Source of the DNA: Utricularia gibba
Taxonomy: Eukaryota > Plantae > Magnoliophyta
Length of the DNA: 64,000 bases
Assembly: GCA_002189035.1 (NCBI GenBank)
Contig: CM007992.1
Span: 2,914,001-2,978,000 of the forward strand
Reading direction: 5' to 3'
Shown in pieces: positions 35,699 through 49,408 of the stretch. Numbering within the stretch: the first letter of the stretch is position 1; every line of letters begins with the position of its first letter. A model generated the notes under the pieces. It had not been told where the DNA came from. It was given only the letters and a program-made list of their open reading frames with translations, and did no database searches. A program made the translations under genes and the position numbers.

Positions 35699-38560
35699 AT
35701 GGGCGTTTCGGGCGTTTCGGCCATTGCTTTGTACGCTAGTTCGCCTGGCAGCCTTTGTTCCGCGTCTCACCAAATAAGCTCCCATGTTTCGTATGATCTA
35801 GACGTCAATGGCCGCTCCACATCGACGGCGTCCGCATCGACTTCCCCTGCGCAGAAGCCTTTCGTTGGAGGGCTTTCGTGCTTGTTTTCTTCGCCTCAGG
35901 TCAAATCGTCTACCTCTTCTTCTGGGGAGAAGAATTGGGTTCCCAATGGCACGATAGATCGGAGAAATTGGGTTCCTCTTATCGGTTTTCGTCGTTAAGC
36001 TCGTCGCTGAAGAGAGATCAGCCTCATCAAAGCCCGGTTTCTGTTCTTCAAGGGTTTGATAGTTCAGTCGGATCTGTGCCTCGGTCTTCTCCTCCTATGG
36101 GAGTGAATACGGATTTAAGCTCAATAAAGTCTAGAAGTGGGAGAATGTTCAACGGATTCGTGAGCAACGCATTGCAAATGAATTCCAAGGACGTCGATTG
36201 GTGTTCGTCCTCCATTGATCTACCCATTGGTGATCTTACTTTCAATATGGATGACGAATTGGACTTGCCTTCCGATTCTAAAGATTTGCTCGTTGATCTG
36301 CAATCCGGGCATAGTATTTTCAGGGATGATTTAGTTGTTAAGGCTTTTTATTTAGCAGAGAAGGCTCATAGAGGCCAGGTATATTTCCTTTAACGTTCAT
36401 ATGGTGTTTTGTATGAAGCCCTCTTATTTCCTTAACGTATTTTTTCTGATCTGTACAGAAGCGGGCGAGTGGTCATCCTTATTTGAATCATTGCGTTGAA
36501 ACAGCTCTCCTGCTTGTAAATGTTGGCGCAACTTCTACAGTTGTTGCTGCAGGACTTTTGCACGACACCATTGATGATTCCTTAGTCACATACGATGACA
36601 TTTCTGCTTCTCTTGGTACCCAAGTTGCTGATTTAGTTGAGGGGGTGAGAGCAACTGAATTTCCCTTTTCTACCTCGTTGTTGGCATTGATAATACAGAC
36701 CATATAAAATTCAAAACTAGTTGGCCAACTTGAGATGAAATGTTCACATGGCAGACAACTCGAAAATGTTTTGTTTTATAAGCTCTAGTTTTCTTGTTCT
36801 GGAGTTTGGGCTTGGTGTGGTTAATTAACCCCAGGGATCCTTTGCTTCCTTGGGGACTGTTGGTAGCCGCATTTTGTATGTGATTTTTAATCTTGTATGC
36901 TGATTAATTATCCTTATTCGGTTTTAGGCATAGAGAACATGATGCATTAATAAAATGTAATGTTGACAGTATCTTTCAAGTATATGGTCTGCCAGTAAAC
37001 CCCAGTGGTTTTGTTTTCTGCTTTATCTAGTTATGGTGATATTTATGTAACTATTGTTATCTTTCCAGGTATCAAAGCTTAGCCAGTTGAGTAAGTTGGC
37101 ACGGGAGAACGACACCGCAAGTAAAACTGTTGAAGCTGATAGGCTGCATACAATATTCCTTGCGATGGCAGATGCTAGGGCCGTACTGATAAAGCTTGCT
37201 GATCGTCTTCATAACATGCTGACCTTAGATGCATTACCCTTGATCAAGCAACAAAGGATCTCTAAGGAAACTTTGGAAATATTTGTTCCACTGGCCAATC
37301 GATTAGGGATCTGGACATGGAAGGATGAGCTCGAAAATCTGTGTTTCAAATATCTTTACCCAGATCGTCATGAAGAATTATGTTCCTTTGTCAAGTCCTT
37401 TGACAAGTCTGTGATAAGCTCTTCTTCTGAGAAGCTGGAACAAGCACTGAAGGATGAAGGAATTTCATTCCATTCTCTGTCTGGAAGGCATAAAAGCCTG
37501 TACAGTATCTACTGCAAGATGCTAAAGTAAGAAACTCTCCCGACTTTTTTCAGCCAATATGGCTTGTTTAGTCTTGTTCTCATTTAGAAATTGTGTAGTG
37601 ACTTTGTTGCGTTGGTTTAGTAAAATTGAGTATCTTGTTTTCATAAGTTTAACTGACACTCAGTGCTTTTTTTATTGTAGGAAAAAACTGAGCATCGATG
37701 AGATTCATGATATTTATGGCTTACGATTGATAATCGAGAATGAAGAAGACTGCTATAAAGCTCTGAAAGTTGTCCACCGTCTATGGCATGAAGTTCCTGG
37801 AAAGTTCAAGGACTATATCATCCATCCGAAGTTCAATGGGTATCAATCTCTTCATACAGTAGTTGAAAGTGAAGGCATGGTACCTCTTGAAGTTCAAATC
37901 AGAACAAAAGAGATGCATCTGCAAGCAGAGTATGGGCTAGCTGCTCACTGGAGATACAAGGAAGGTGGCAAACACCCGACGTTCATCTTACAGATGGTTG
38001 AATGGGCGCGTTGGGTGGTTTCATGGCAGTGCGAGGAAATGTGCAAAGAAGGATCATGTATCGGTTTTGTCGACTCCATCAAGCCACAGTGCACATTCCC
38101 AGCTCACCCCACAGACTGCTCCTTCTCTTGCAACCTGCACTCCGGTCCGGATGGTCGAATCTTCGTCATCCTGATAGAGAACGAAAAGGTGCTCGCTTCT
38201 TGCCGTTTTCTCTTAGCAGTTTCAATGAATTGTGACTGAGTTTTGAGCCCACCGCAGATGTCCGTGCAAGAGTACCCTGCAGACTCCTCCATGATGGACC
38301 TTCTTGAAACAAACGGGCGAGGCAGCTGCATGGGATCTAGTTTATCAACTGCTTTTCACCTGAAGGAGAAGCTGATGCCGCGGCTGAACCAAGAGCCGGT
38401 GGTCGATCCATCACGGAAGCTGAAAATGGGAGATGTCGTGGAATTAACTCCGGCGATCCCTTCGGAATCCCTGACGGTGTACCGCGAGGAAATCCAGCGA
38501 ATGTATGACAACGGTGTCCGCTTGCAGCGGCGGCGCCCGGTGCTCCCTGTTTTTCCGTAA
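35699..38560 (+). CDS. RSH2/RSH3: RelA/SpoT homologue RSH2/RSH3 (plastid (p)ppGpp synthase), 5 exons
   Basis: Exons 35699-36378, 36459-36644, 37069-37526, 37681-38188, 38278-38560. Motifs: IALYASSP...[10 protein letters not shown] (N-terminus), KAHRGQ|[15 protein letters not shown] (HD), [23 protein letters not shown]. Needs +1 G at 35924-35927. Confidence 0.95.
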
Positions 38561-38837
38561 TGCAACCTACGTTGGCGGGGGGCTACCTGATCTCTGGAGA
38601 GATGAACTGCTCTGTATCTGATCTTGCAAAGCTTTAAAAAAGAAAAAAGAATTTATTTCTTGTATATAAACAGACTGTATTAGGGGTAATTCAAGTAGAC
38701 AGTTTGAAAGGGTAAAATAGGTATTTTGCCGTTTACCTCGCTGGTAGAATTTGTAATTGGTTCGAATCATTCGATTAGGGAATATACTAGTGATCGTATG
38801 ATTTCAGTTCTAGAACTGCAATCGTATAATTTCGGAC

Positions 38838-38949
38838 AAATCACATTTTAACGTGTATGATTCTAAAAATTTGGAATGATAAAATCACATTTTTAACGTG
38901 TATGATTCTAAAAATTTGGAATGATAAAATCACATTTTTAACGTGTATG
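38838..38949. repeat. 45-bp tandem repeat (~2.5 copies)
   Basis: Unit AAAATCACATTTTTAACGTGTATGATTCTAAAAATTTGGAATGAT, near-identical copies with no spacers. Confidence 0.9.
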
Positions 38950-41693
38950 GAATCAATAGATCTAATAGTTCCAAATCGACAAATCATCAATTTCATTTCT
39001 AAATAATCACAAGCAACCTTAATAATCATTATAATAGATTATAGAATACTCTAAAAAAACGATACAATTTTAGAAACATCTAGAACAATTCATGTGGGCG
39101 TATGGAATTTATTTTTAAAAATATCATCCAATTCCAATTCCTATTCCAATTCGATTCAACATTTTTAGTTCAAGTTTAAAAATTCGATTTTAAATTAAAA
39201 CAATAACCAAAATCGAAACAAATTTTTTTTTCATTCATCAAACTAATTACTATTTTTGTTATTATGAAAATAACTATCGTTTTTAATGTATTGTTATAAC
39301 ACCTATTGTTTTTATTTTATCAACATGTATAATATTGATTCTTAAAATAAATTAATTTACTTCTAATGTTATGAATTATTATTATTATTAAAAATATTGA
39401 AACATATTAATTTTATTGATCTAAATTTGATCATATTTATACTCATTGATTATCAATAAAATAAAAATTTAAATTATTAAAAGCTATATTTTAAAAAAAT
39501 AAAAATTAATGTGATAAAAAGAATTTTGACTAAAAATATCCAAATATATATTATTATTGATTTATAACCACAAATATTCCTTATATTTCAATAGGTTGTC
39601 TAAAATGAATCAACAAACAGCAAAATATTTATAAATTTTTTTATGAAAGAGTGTTAATAAATCAATAATAATAAAGAAGTATTTTTCAACAACTCTAATC
39701 TCATGCCTCGTTTTCAGTTATCAAAGTTTGTTTGAAATTATATTATGGTAGTCAAATTATATTATTCGATGTAAGCCTAATATTGCTATTCATTCATGTA
39801 ACTATGAAATAAATGTCAAGATTATTAATAAAGCAGTTAGAATGGTGAATGAATTTATAATTGATGATTTATTGACAATTAAATATGTATTCAATATAAA
39901 TAACTCAATTTTTAGTAATATTCAATTCAAATAACTACAATTTTAGTATATATTCAATCCAATTTATCGACAATTCATGTCTCCAACTTAATTATTGTCG
40001 TGGAAATCATCAAGAACTACACGTCGGAATGTATTTTACAGATAAACGGGAGGTCATCAATGTTATAGTGCATTATAATATTATTGTTGCTCAAATAGAA
40101 TACTATATGATGCATAAAGATAAAATCCAGTATCATATGATGCATTGGAAAAAAAACAAGCAATATTATGATTGTCCTTATTATTGCAATGTTGGATTTC
40201 AATGTCAATCAAAGACTCGGAAAGTTACGAAAATCATACCACCTCGCACTTTTGAAGTGATGCCACATCTTGCAACGTTTCATCGGAATTTTACAAAGCC
40301 CAAAAATTGTCACTAAATTGATGCATTATCTACATGGAAAGTTAACAACAAAGAATGTTATTTTAATAGCAAAAGAACTTTGGGGTTATGATATTCCATA
40401 TTGGCAAGATTAATTAAGTTTATATAAAGTATATAAACTAACCTATGGAACATGGGATGACTCATTGTCAAAGTTGGATGACGCGAGGGTAAAATTGGAA
40501 GCGACGAGCCTTGTTTAGCTAAACCGACCTCCCCCCAAGGGTTTAACTAAACCCAATTGGGTAGGTTCTCACCCGGTTTATAGACAGCATGCAGGTTTAT
40601 TTTTACCTGCTTCAAAACCCATATACCAAACGTGGGTTTATCTTTAAACTCACGCCGCAACCTACCTAAACCACCCAACTAAATGTGCCCTCAAGGTTTT
40701 TACAAAAGATTTGTTGAATGAATCCTGAAATGATAGTTACATGGGTTCATGCTGGAGTAGACGAGAATGAAAAATTATATATTTCAAAGAGTATTCTAGG
40801 CATTCAAATTTAATATTGATGATTTCCTTTATTATTCAGCAGTATTATGCATTAATGCTACACATCTATATAATCACTATGATTACAAGTTGTTGGACGA
40901 TATTGAGATTGATTCTAATAATTATATATGCACAATCGCATATGGTGATAGGTAAATTCCTCCACATATGAGCTTTGAAACTATAATAGGAAAATAAAAA
41001 ACAAACTATTCTTATTATTCGTTCTCGCTTGGTAAAGTTTTTGGAAAAAAAAGTAAAATTTGATAGTTCATTAAAACAATTTATTTTGACATTCTTTATT
41101 GATATATCTTGTTTTTCAAAATATATTTTTGAAATATATGATTTTAAATTTGGTATATGAAATATTACTATCATATTATGACATTAATACAATTATTTGG
41201 ATCGAATCGAAATATAATATAATTTTAAAATTGAAAAAGAATAATCAATTGATCAAAACAACATATAGGTTGAATTTTACAATTATATTTTTTTACTTTT
41301 TTTGGGAATATGCATTACGCACCTTCTAAGATGAGAGTGAATAGCAATTACTCCGATGTTTAATCAATTGTATCACCAATTGACATAAGCAATGTGTATA
41401 GATCAATTGGATGATGGTAAATATAAATTTTATATTAATATTTATATTTTAATAAATACAATTTTTTCATTATACAATAAATAATAAAAATAGATTGAAA
41501 TTACTTTAAAGTAATCAAGTATATACATATATATATTGCAAATAATTTATTTGTATATTTTGGAATATACATTTTTATTTTAAAAATATTTCATACATAT
41601 ATTTTAAATTCAGCATCACGTATTAATCCATTTATATATGTGGGTAATTTTGTTGTGTGACATCAATATTAGACAATAAATTTGACCACAAAA

Positions 41694-42116
41694 TGTAGAA
41701 AATAAATATCGAGATTTAACGTGATTCACCCCAAAATGAATGTTACGTTCACACCTAGTTTCTAGAAAAATTCACTATTTATTATAATGAGTACAAAGAG
41801 AATTAATTTGATAAACTATCGAATTTTACCCTATCTTTCTATCATTTTTTTGAAAACTATAACGGGTGAGAAACATGAATAGTAAAAAATACTATCTTTG
41901 TTCATTCTTATTTTACCCTAAAAAATACTAGAGTTTCTACCAAAAGCAACATTTAATCGATTACCTATCTTTCATATTGTGTTAAATGATATGAGGGGAG
42001 AGTTCCCTTCTATTTATTAAAGAAAGACGTACACCACAGTTGAAAGGTTGGCGTGACAACCCCCACATTTCTATTTTTTTTATATTTTGGTGGGCCCTAC
42101 ATGAAGTAACCTATCA
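41694..42116. mobile_element. Possible solo-LTR fragment
   Basis: TG...CA-bounded stretch containing GAGATTTAACGTGATTCACCCC, a TATA-like CTATTTATT and GGGCCC, reminiscent of copia LTRs. No TSD found. Confidence 0.3.
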
Positions 42117-44265
42117 ATGCTTATATTGAGATAAATATAGAGTTATGTAGAATAGCATACGTGCATATAGGGGGAGGGGTCGTCCAAAAAGCATTATGTG
42201 TATCGAACATTACACTAATATTGATCAACCCCTATCTCCTCTCCACTTCGCTCAAAAATAAATGTTGTTATATGCATTTTTTTCAATTTTAAAATTATGT
42301 TATTTTACATTCGATCCAAACTACCAGGTCGAATGCATTCACTCTAACAATGTGATAGTAAGTATTTAACAAAAAAAAAATCTAAAAACAAGTATTTTAC
42401 AAATTATTTGTCAAAACATGGTAAGTACAAAAAATGATCTATTTAGCTATTAACTGTTAATCTAATATATCACAAATTTTTAAATGTTGCAAAATTAAAT
42501 GTGATTTTGAAAATTTTAGAATATTTAGAATATTTTTTCAAATGCATTGGCATTAATAAATTACAAATTTATTAATGAAATTAAGCTCAAAATGTTTAAA
42601 TTTTTTTTCTATTAAAATATTTCAATTTCTTTAAAAAACTACAGGTATTTTTAATATGTATTTTAACAAAAAATAATAAATTACATATATTTGTGTAATG
42701 AGATAAAAATAGCAAGTATTTACATTTTTTTTTATAGGACAAGATCATATTAACAAAAACGTGCAACTTCATCAATATTGTAGAAGTGGATTTATATCAT
42801 AATAACTACATATTTAAATTTTTTCTTAATTCTGAATTTAGTACATAATTATTATTTTTTTCTAATATCTAATTAACTAATGATCTTAAAATCATAAAAT
42901 CATTGTTTATAATGTACAATTGGATTTAAGGATTTATGAAATACAAGTAATTCATATTGAAAACTGAAATTTATTTATTAAAAATACATTTAATATATAT
43001 TAAACTAACTTATTATAATTAACTATGATACAATTAGAAAAATAAAAGCTAATTTGTGAAAAATACAAATAAAGTAAAATAATTCAATTTTACTAATTAC
43101 ATGTATTTTAATAACAATGCATTTATATAAAAAAAAGAAAAATTACAGGTATTTTTATAAAAATATAAGCAAAAATAGATAATTTAATAATAATGATGAA
43201 ACAACAGCTATTTTGATATAAACTTTTTGTGATAACCATTTCAGTAATTTAGCCGTTCCAATTCTACTAACAGGTGTCAGAATGATATTGGGCCGGGCCC
43301 AAATCGGCAAAGCGTACGGGAAGCGCTGAACGGCAAAATCGTGAAGACATGTAGAAAGTACTTGGCATGTGAGCGCAGAAGTTGTCATTTGGAGGAAAAT
43401 GGAATGGTATCAGGATCTGATGGAAGACATCGGTGGAACTAGGGGAATGGAATCCGACAACAGAGGGCTACTGTTGAGTTGTTGCTAAATCTGAGATGCC
43501 CGGGCATTTTTCTGTGTGGGGGAAGCCTCTTCTTTTTCCCTGATTTTGGGGTTGATTCTGTCTTAACAGAGCCTCAATTTGGTATCGCGTTCTCTGGATT
43601 GAAACCGGAACTGGGGTCGTCGTCTATTTTCTAGGTAGGTTTCTCATCGCAATCTTCCCGTTTTCTATGTTCTTTGCTGGGTTTTTTTATCTGGGTTTGC
43701 TGATTCACCAGTTGGGTCGCTCTCTTTGGAATTTGATGAGTTTTTAGTTCGAAATTTATGTGCCCTTCTAAAATGTTTGCCTTGTTTGCAAGAGACTGGC
43801 CCTTTTACCTTTCTGCTACTGTGAGGAGGCTGTGAGCATTTGTGAATCCCTCAAGGGAAGCTCCAGCATACTTTTCGAATTTATGTTTTTGAGTGAGTGT
43901 TAAAATGTATATCTAGTGAAGTGATCTACTTATTTTTATTTAGCTTGAAGTGTGAGGTAATTTTTGTTACATTGGGCCTTATCCTGCACAGTGAAATAGA
44001 AGCTCCTCGCTGTCAGATTTTAGGCATCTTCTTTGTGAAAGTATAGAATCTTTTATGAATTTCAATGACAAGTGTGGACAACACCATGTTTTATGCTGCT
44101 TGCTTTTAGAAGAGGAGAAAAGATCTATCCATTGTCTAGAGCCCGTCTTTCTAGCCACGTTTTCTTCGATTTTCGTCTGTTCATTGAATGGAGTAAGAGC
44201 CAGTTTCACCAATCTGTGTTTCTTATCTTCTGAACTTCTAGGAATGTTGAAGCTGTGAAGTTTTC

Positions 44266-44613
44266 ATGCAAGAAGATATGTTTTCAGGGATTGTGGATGG
44301 AACGCACATGGAGAGCAAGGCTCTACAGAAACTGCAGAAAAATTTCATGCAGGTTCAAAACATTCTTGACCAGAACCGCCTTCTGATCAACGAGATTAAC
44401 CAGAACCAAGAATCCAAGACCCCCGTGAACCTGACCCGAAACGTGGGTTTGATCAGAGAGCTGAACAACAACATCAGAAGGGTTGTTGATCTCTACGCTG
44501 ATCTTTCCAGCTCCTTCACCAAATCCATGGAGGGGTCATCTGAAGCAGACTCCCCTGGCACAACCAAATCAAATGGGCAAGGCGGGCACAAGCGAAACAG
44601 GCCCGGTAGCTGA
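44266..44613 (+). CDS. ELF4-like: EARLY FLOWERING 4-like protein (DUF1313)
   Basis: FMQVQNILDQNRLLINEINQNQESK...RNVGLIRELNNNIRRVVDLYADLS signature. Single coding exon behind a spliced 5' leader (donor near 43635, acceptor near 44240). Confidence 0.95.
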   Translation: MQEDMFSGIVDGTHMESKALQKLQKNFMQVQNILDQNRLLINEINQNQESKTPVNLTRNVGLIRELNNNIRRVVDLYADLSSSFTKSMEGSSEADSPGTTKSNGQGGHKRNRPGS

Positions 44614-46691
44614 CAGTCACACCATTGATGAGATCCAGAGGAAACTTGGATCACCTCCACTTACAGAGTTTCATGCCACAACGCTATTCCTCTTGTAAAC
44701 CCGAGATTTATTGATACTGAGGCTCAGGAACTGCCGTGTCCCTGCAAATTTATGCTATAAAATAATCATATCCAATCTGGGCAACTTTGATTCCAGAAAC
44801 GCACCACACCTGTGTGATGGATGTATCTGGGAGTAGGGCCAACTCCATGAAGCATGTGGGTGACGATGTTGAAGCTCCACCACATTTACTGCTCTCAGGG
44901 GATTATTGAGATTTATGTATGGAAAATGAAAGCGACAGGCAAGTTGTATGGGAATCCAATGTGGATACTGGATGTGAGGAACAAGCGAGGAGCTCGGGGC
45001 CCCTCATTCCATCATCTTTTTTGTCCCCCAATGCACCCAGCGAACGCTAAATGCTCTTCGCAAACAACACTCCACCCAATAATGGGAAACGCGTTGGTTC
45101 AGACCATTTTCTCCACGACTGCGTTGTGGGAAACGGGATCCGGGTCCGGGGCACCGGATCCGATTACTTTCTCTGGAGAGAAGACGACAAGGCACACGGT
45201 GGGAAAGAAGAAAGGCGACTCTCCTTTTCAGGGACACGAGGGGCAGGGCATCACGTGCGGCACGATGTGACCTGCCCTCCATCCAGACGACAGCGTTTTG
45301 GTTGAAGGCCTTCCTCCCCACGCCCACCAATAAATACTTTTTACCCTAAATTCAATTTGCTGCACCACTACGTTCATTCCATTAAAAAAAAAAGAAAAGA
45401 AAACCCTAATTTCTTTATTCACAAGACTGACGGAGCCCAATCAAAAGAAGAGATCCGACCCGACCCGACCCGACCCGCGACAGCAACAGCTCATCCCCGA
45501 ACCCCCATTCATTGAACCACAAGACATGAGAAGCGGCAGCAGCAGCATTAATTACAACTCACATTACTAACTCCCACGGTGTTGCCGGAATAAATATATT
45601 TAAATAGAACAAATAACTTGATGTTATATCAAGAATATGTAATGTATTTTAAATATATAATTCAGATTATGTAAAATATAATTGCTATTAAGATTATATG
45701 AATATAATCAGTTTAAAATTATAAAACTGCTTTGTGATGTATTCTAAAATTTAGTATCTTAAATTATTATATAATTTACTATTATGATATAAATATGTTT
45801 TAAAGTATATTTAAAAATTTAATAATTTTTTAAATTACACATAAATTTTGAATTTCTGAACTTTAGTCCAAAAAATCTAAATTTCTGATTTTATTATAGA
45901 ATCATTAAAAATTAGAATCTATAAAAAATAAATCAAATCAAATCAATAAATTATGTTTACATAAAAGGGATCCAACTGTTTTTTTTCTATTAATTCAAAA
46001 TAAAAGTGAATATTTGAATTTTAAAGAAACCGACTGACAGCATGGTGTGTCCAATGACCACATTGTCCCTAGCCCATCGCAGCGCAGAATAAATAAATTG
46101 GTTTCAGGCACGTTATCCAGTTACCAATAAACTGATTTTGAAAATTATTATTATTATTATTTGCTTTGTAAATAAAAAAGAATGATTATGTTGGAGGACT
46201 CCGGCACCCGGATCACGCTTTGATTGATTGATGCCTCCACCCAAAACCACCACTCATAACCTTAGAATAATGTCTAATTCCATCATTTCTCCTTTTTCTT
46301 TTAATAATAACAACAATAATCATCAAATATATGATTTTTTGTCATGATCCATATTGCATGATTTTAATTACTTATAATATCCAATTATTACAATTTCATG
46401 TTTTTTTCTATTTTTGATTAATAGATTCAATCAATCACCATGCTTGGGAAAAAATATTTTGTACAATATTTATATGATTATTTCACTTTTATCTCTTCCG
46501 TATACAACCAATATGAATCGGGTATTACAATTTTGCATTGTCAACCATCATGTATAAGTTTGATTCTACTTATTTTTTAGAAAAAATGTGTTTTTTTATT
46601 TTGTTTTGGAGTGTAAATTGATATTTGGGAAAAGGAAAAGATGGGACAAAACAGAGACGTTGCAAAGAGAAGAGGGAATGGCGGATTGCAT

Positions 46692-47760
46692 TTACAGGAT
46701 GAGGCCTTTGGCAATGGCTCGATTGGTGTGGGGGTTGGTGGTCTCGTAGACAGGCAATTCGTCTTCTTGTTGGTGATGACGATGGAAGGGGACAGTTATT
46801 CCGATCCCGGGCAAGTTCTCGAGCTCGAACAGGTCGGAGCTGGCGCAGCTGGCTGTGTCGTCCTCCTCGTCGGAAACTTGGTTTTGGATATGCTTCACGT
46901 GGGGTTCGTTGCTGTTTGGGATGACTTTCGTGGATTCGATCCTCACCTCCAGGTTGATCGCCTTTCGGATCGTTGTGTGGGGTGGGCTCTTGAAGATGTA
47001 CTCGTTCTCCGCCGAGAATCGGACGGATCGTTTGCCGGCGGCGGAGGACGGAGTTTTGTTGGTGGTGATGGAACGGGTGAATGAGGAGGCGGAGGAGCAG
47101 GTTGAGGTGTTGCCGGAGTTTGTGTCGGCGCCGGTTTTGGGCTTCTTCTGGTTCCCCGCGAAAAGGGAGTTGAGGATGCCGACGAGCTTCCCGCCGGGAG
47201 AAATCGGCTGCTTCCCTTTCTTCAGTTCGCCGTAGATTTTCATCGCTCGCGATTTCGTCTTTGAAAACCTGGCTTCACCCCTCCTCCGCCACGTTTCTTC
47301 TCCCCTGCTTCGATTTCATCCCCACCCTTGTTTTTACTTTTGCTTTTTTCTATCGTCGTCCGTACTGGTTTCGGCCTCTGAAACACATCCTCCTCCGACA
47401 CGGCGGCGCCACCGTGGCACACCCCAGATTTTCTCCGTTCACCAAATTTCCCCTGAATCTTTTTCTCCTCGACCCACTTCTCAATAATGGACGCCCTCTG
47501 CAAACTCCGCTGCTCCTCCTCCAGTCCCCTGAATCCTCCTCCGCCGCCGCCACAGCCGCCGTAGAAACACCCCTTCTGGGTTTTCGCCGATTGGCCGTAA
47601 AACACCACCTCATCCTCCCCAAATCAATCGATCGATAAACAGCGTCAAGAAGAGAAGAAGAGAAAGACGGGTTCCGAGAAGAGTGACCCAATCGCGACAA
47701 TGAAGAAACCTGAGTTTCCCTTCCATGGCTTCTCTTCTCCGCCATGGACTTCAACTCCAT
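46692..47760 (-). CDS. BG1-like: BIG GRAIN 1-like protein, intronless; two apparent -1 frameshifts
   Basis: Motifs RNPSFSSSLLDAVYRSID, IEKWVEEK, RPKPVRT, KTKSRAMKIYGELKKGKQPISPGGKL..LNSLF, ASCASSDLFELEN and ELPVYETT lie in three successive frames that join at GGGG runs. Confidence 0.9.
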
Positions 47761-49408
47761 CAAGTCTCCACACACAGGACGAGACAACACTGTAGAGCAA
47801 TACTTTCCTGCCACAACCAAAAGCTGCAAATAAAAGATCGCAGACAACACAAGCGACACAGCAGGAGCAAAACCCCCCCTTTTTCTTCTTTTGCCCTTTT
47901 GCAGTAACAATACAAACGGAATGGAAACTCGCCGCCGGGCAGAGGCGGTGGCCGGTGAAGAGGGAGAAAGATAAAAAGGAAAGAAAGATGCTGGTGTACA
48001 AAGGGAGCAGAGCAGCGGTTCAGAGCACTAGGCTTTATATTGAAAATGCATTTTGGTTTCCAAATATAAAAAAGGCAACCAACTCAAATCACTCCATGGG
48101 GAGACCCGACTGTACACACCAATCACTCCAACCTTTCCAACGCATTTAACTAATCCCTTTAAATAGATTCACATAACCAACAACTCGATCGCAAGTTTCC
48201 AAATATAAAAAGCTATCAAGGGAACAAATTTAAGGTGTTTTTGCTTCTTACAAGTGATTGTTTTTTTTTGAAAGAACAAAGAGAATAACATTAAGTATAA
48301 GCATACAATCCAACATGTATATATTAAAATAAAATATTTAAATATATCAAAAATTATAAATCATTAATAATCAATTAAAGTTTAATTTTTTTCTAATATG
48401 ATTCAGTATAATTTAATTTCACTTTGTATTCATGTGAATGTCAAGATCTATGTTCTTTTTGTATAATATTATCTAATTCTAATATTCAAATTTTTACAAT
48501 TTATTTCCTTCAGTTCTTCTAATAAAAAACCCTCATACAAAATTAAAGAATCACTATTTTTAAGTATATACTCTCTCTAATCCGTAATCAATATGATATA
48601 TCATCATTAAGTCTTATATCATATCCCTTAATTTCAACAAGTTATCCAACTAATTATACATGTCTATTCCAGTGCAACTCTTTTTTTTTTGTTTACTTCA
48701 GTTTGAATTCTAAGGAACATTCAAACTTACCCTTTCACCTTTCTCCCATTGAAACTACCAAAAAAAAGCACCCCATATTCGTTTCTTAATTTTATGTAGA
48801 TTAGTTAGTGTTTTGGGTAGTTCATTGTGTGCTTGTGTGGATGCAAAGAGGAGGCAGGATTGTGATGGATTATGAAAGCTAAGTCCTCTGCCTGGCCGGG
48901 GCTTAAAAATCTGTAGTGCGGCGGCGGGGATTAACACACGAGGCGCGATGAATGTTTTGCTGAGTCGCAGACACGACAGGCGCACAGTATGATTGGAGTT
49001 GGAGATGGGTTTGGGTTTTGGAGTTGATTATGATCCAGAGAATGAGGCACCAGTGTTGTTGTTATATCAAAAGATGGGCCGCAGAGTGGCTTTAGCTTTT
49101 TCAAAATCTGACAAAAGCGAAACCCAACAACCAGACAATTCCTTTCTTTCTGCGCCAAAGGAGGAAGAATGGAATGGAATGGATCGTGTTTTGGAAAGAA
49201 GATCAAATCAGATCCCGGTTAGAGATGCAGTGCTCTTTTTTCAGGCCCCCTTCTTTATCTAAAGAGCACTGGATCTCTGACCTGAACTTTCACTGCTACT
49301 AGCAGCTGCCTTGGGGTTCAACCACGCCACCGTGTAGTGTAGTTCATTTCCCATCCAAGAAAAGAAATTGCATGGAAGCCAACAACCTCGGTTAAAAAGA
49401 TGATCCAG

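Noticed and set aside
38838-38949. 45-bp repeats as a CRISPR-like array
   Set aside because: Head-to-tail copies without unique spacers, in a eukaryotic context with no cas genes. It is an ordinary minisatellite.
46641-47638. + strand ORFs over the BG1-like gene
   Set aside because: Antisense shadows of a GC-rich coding exon.
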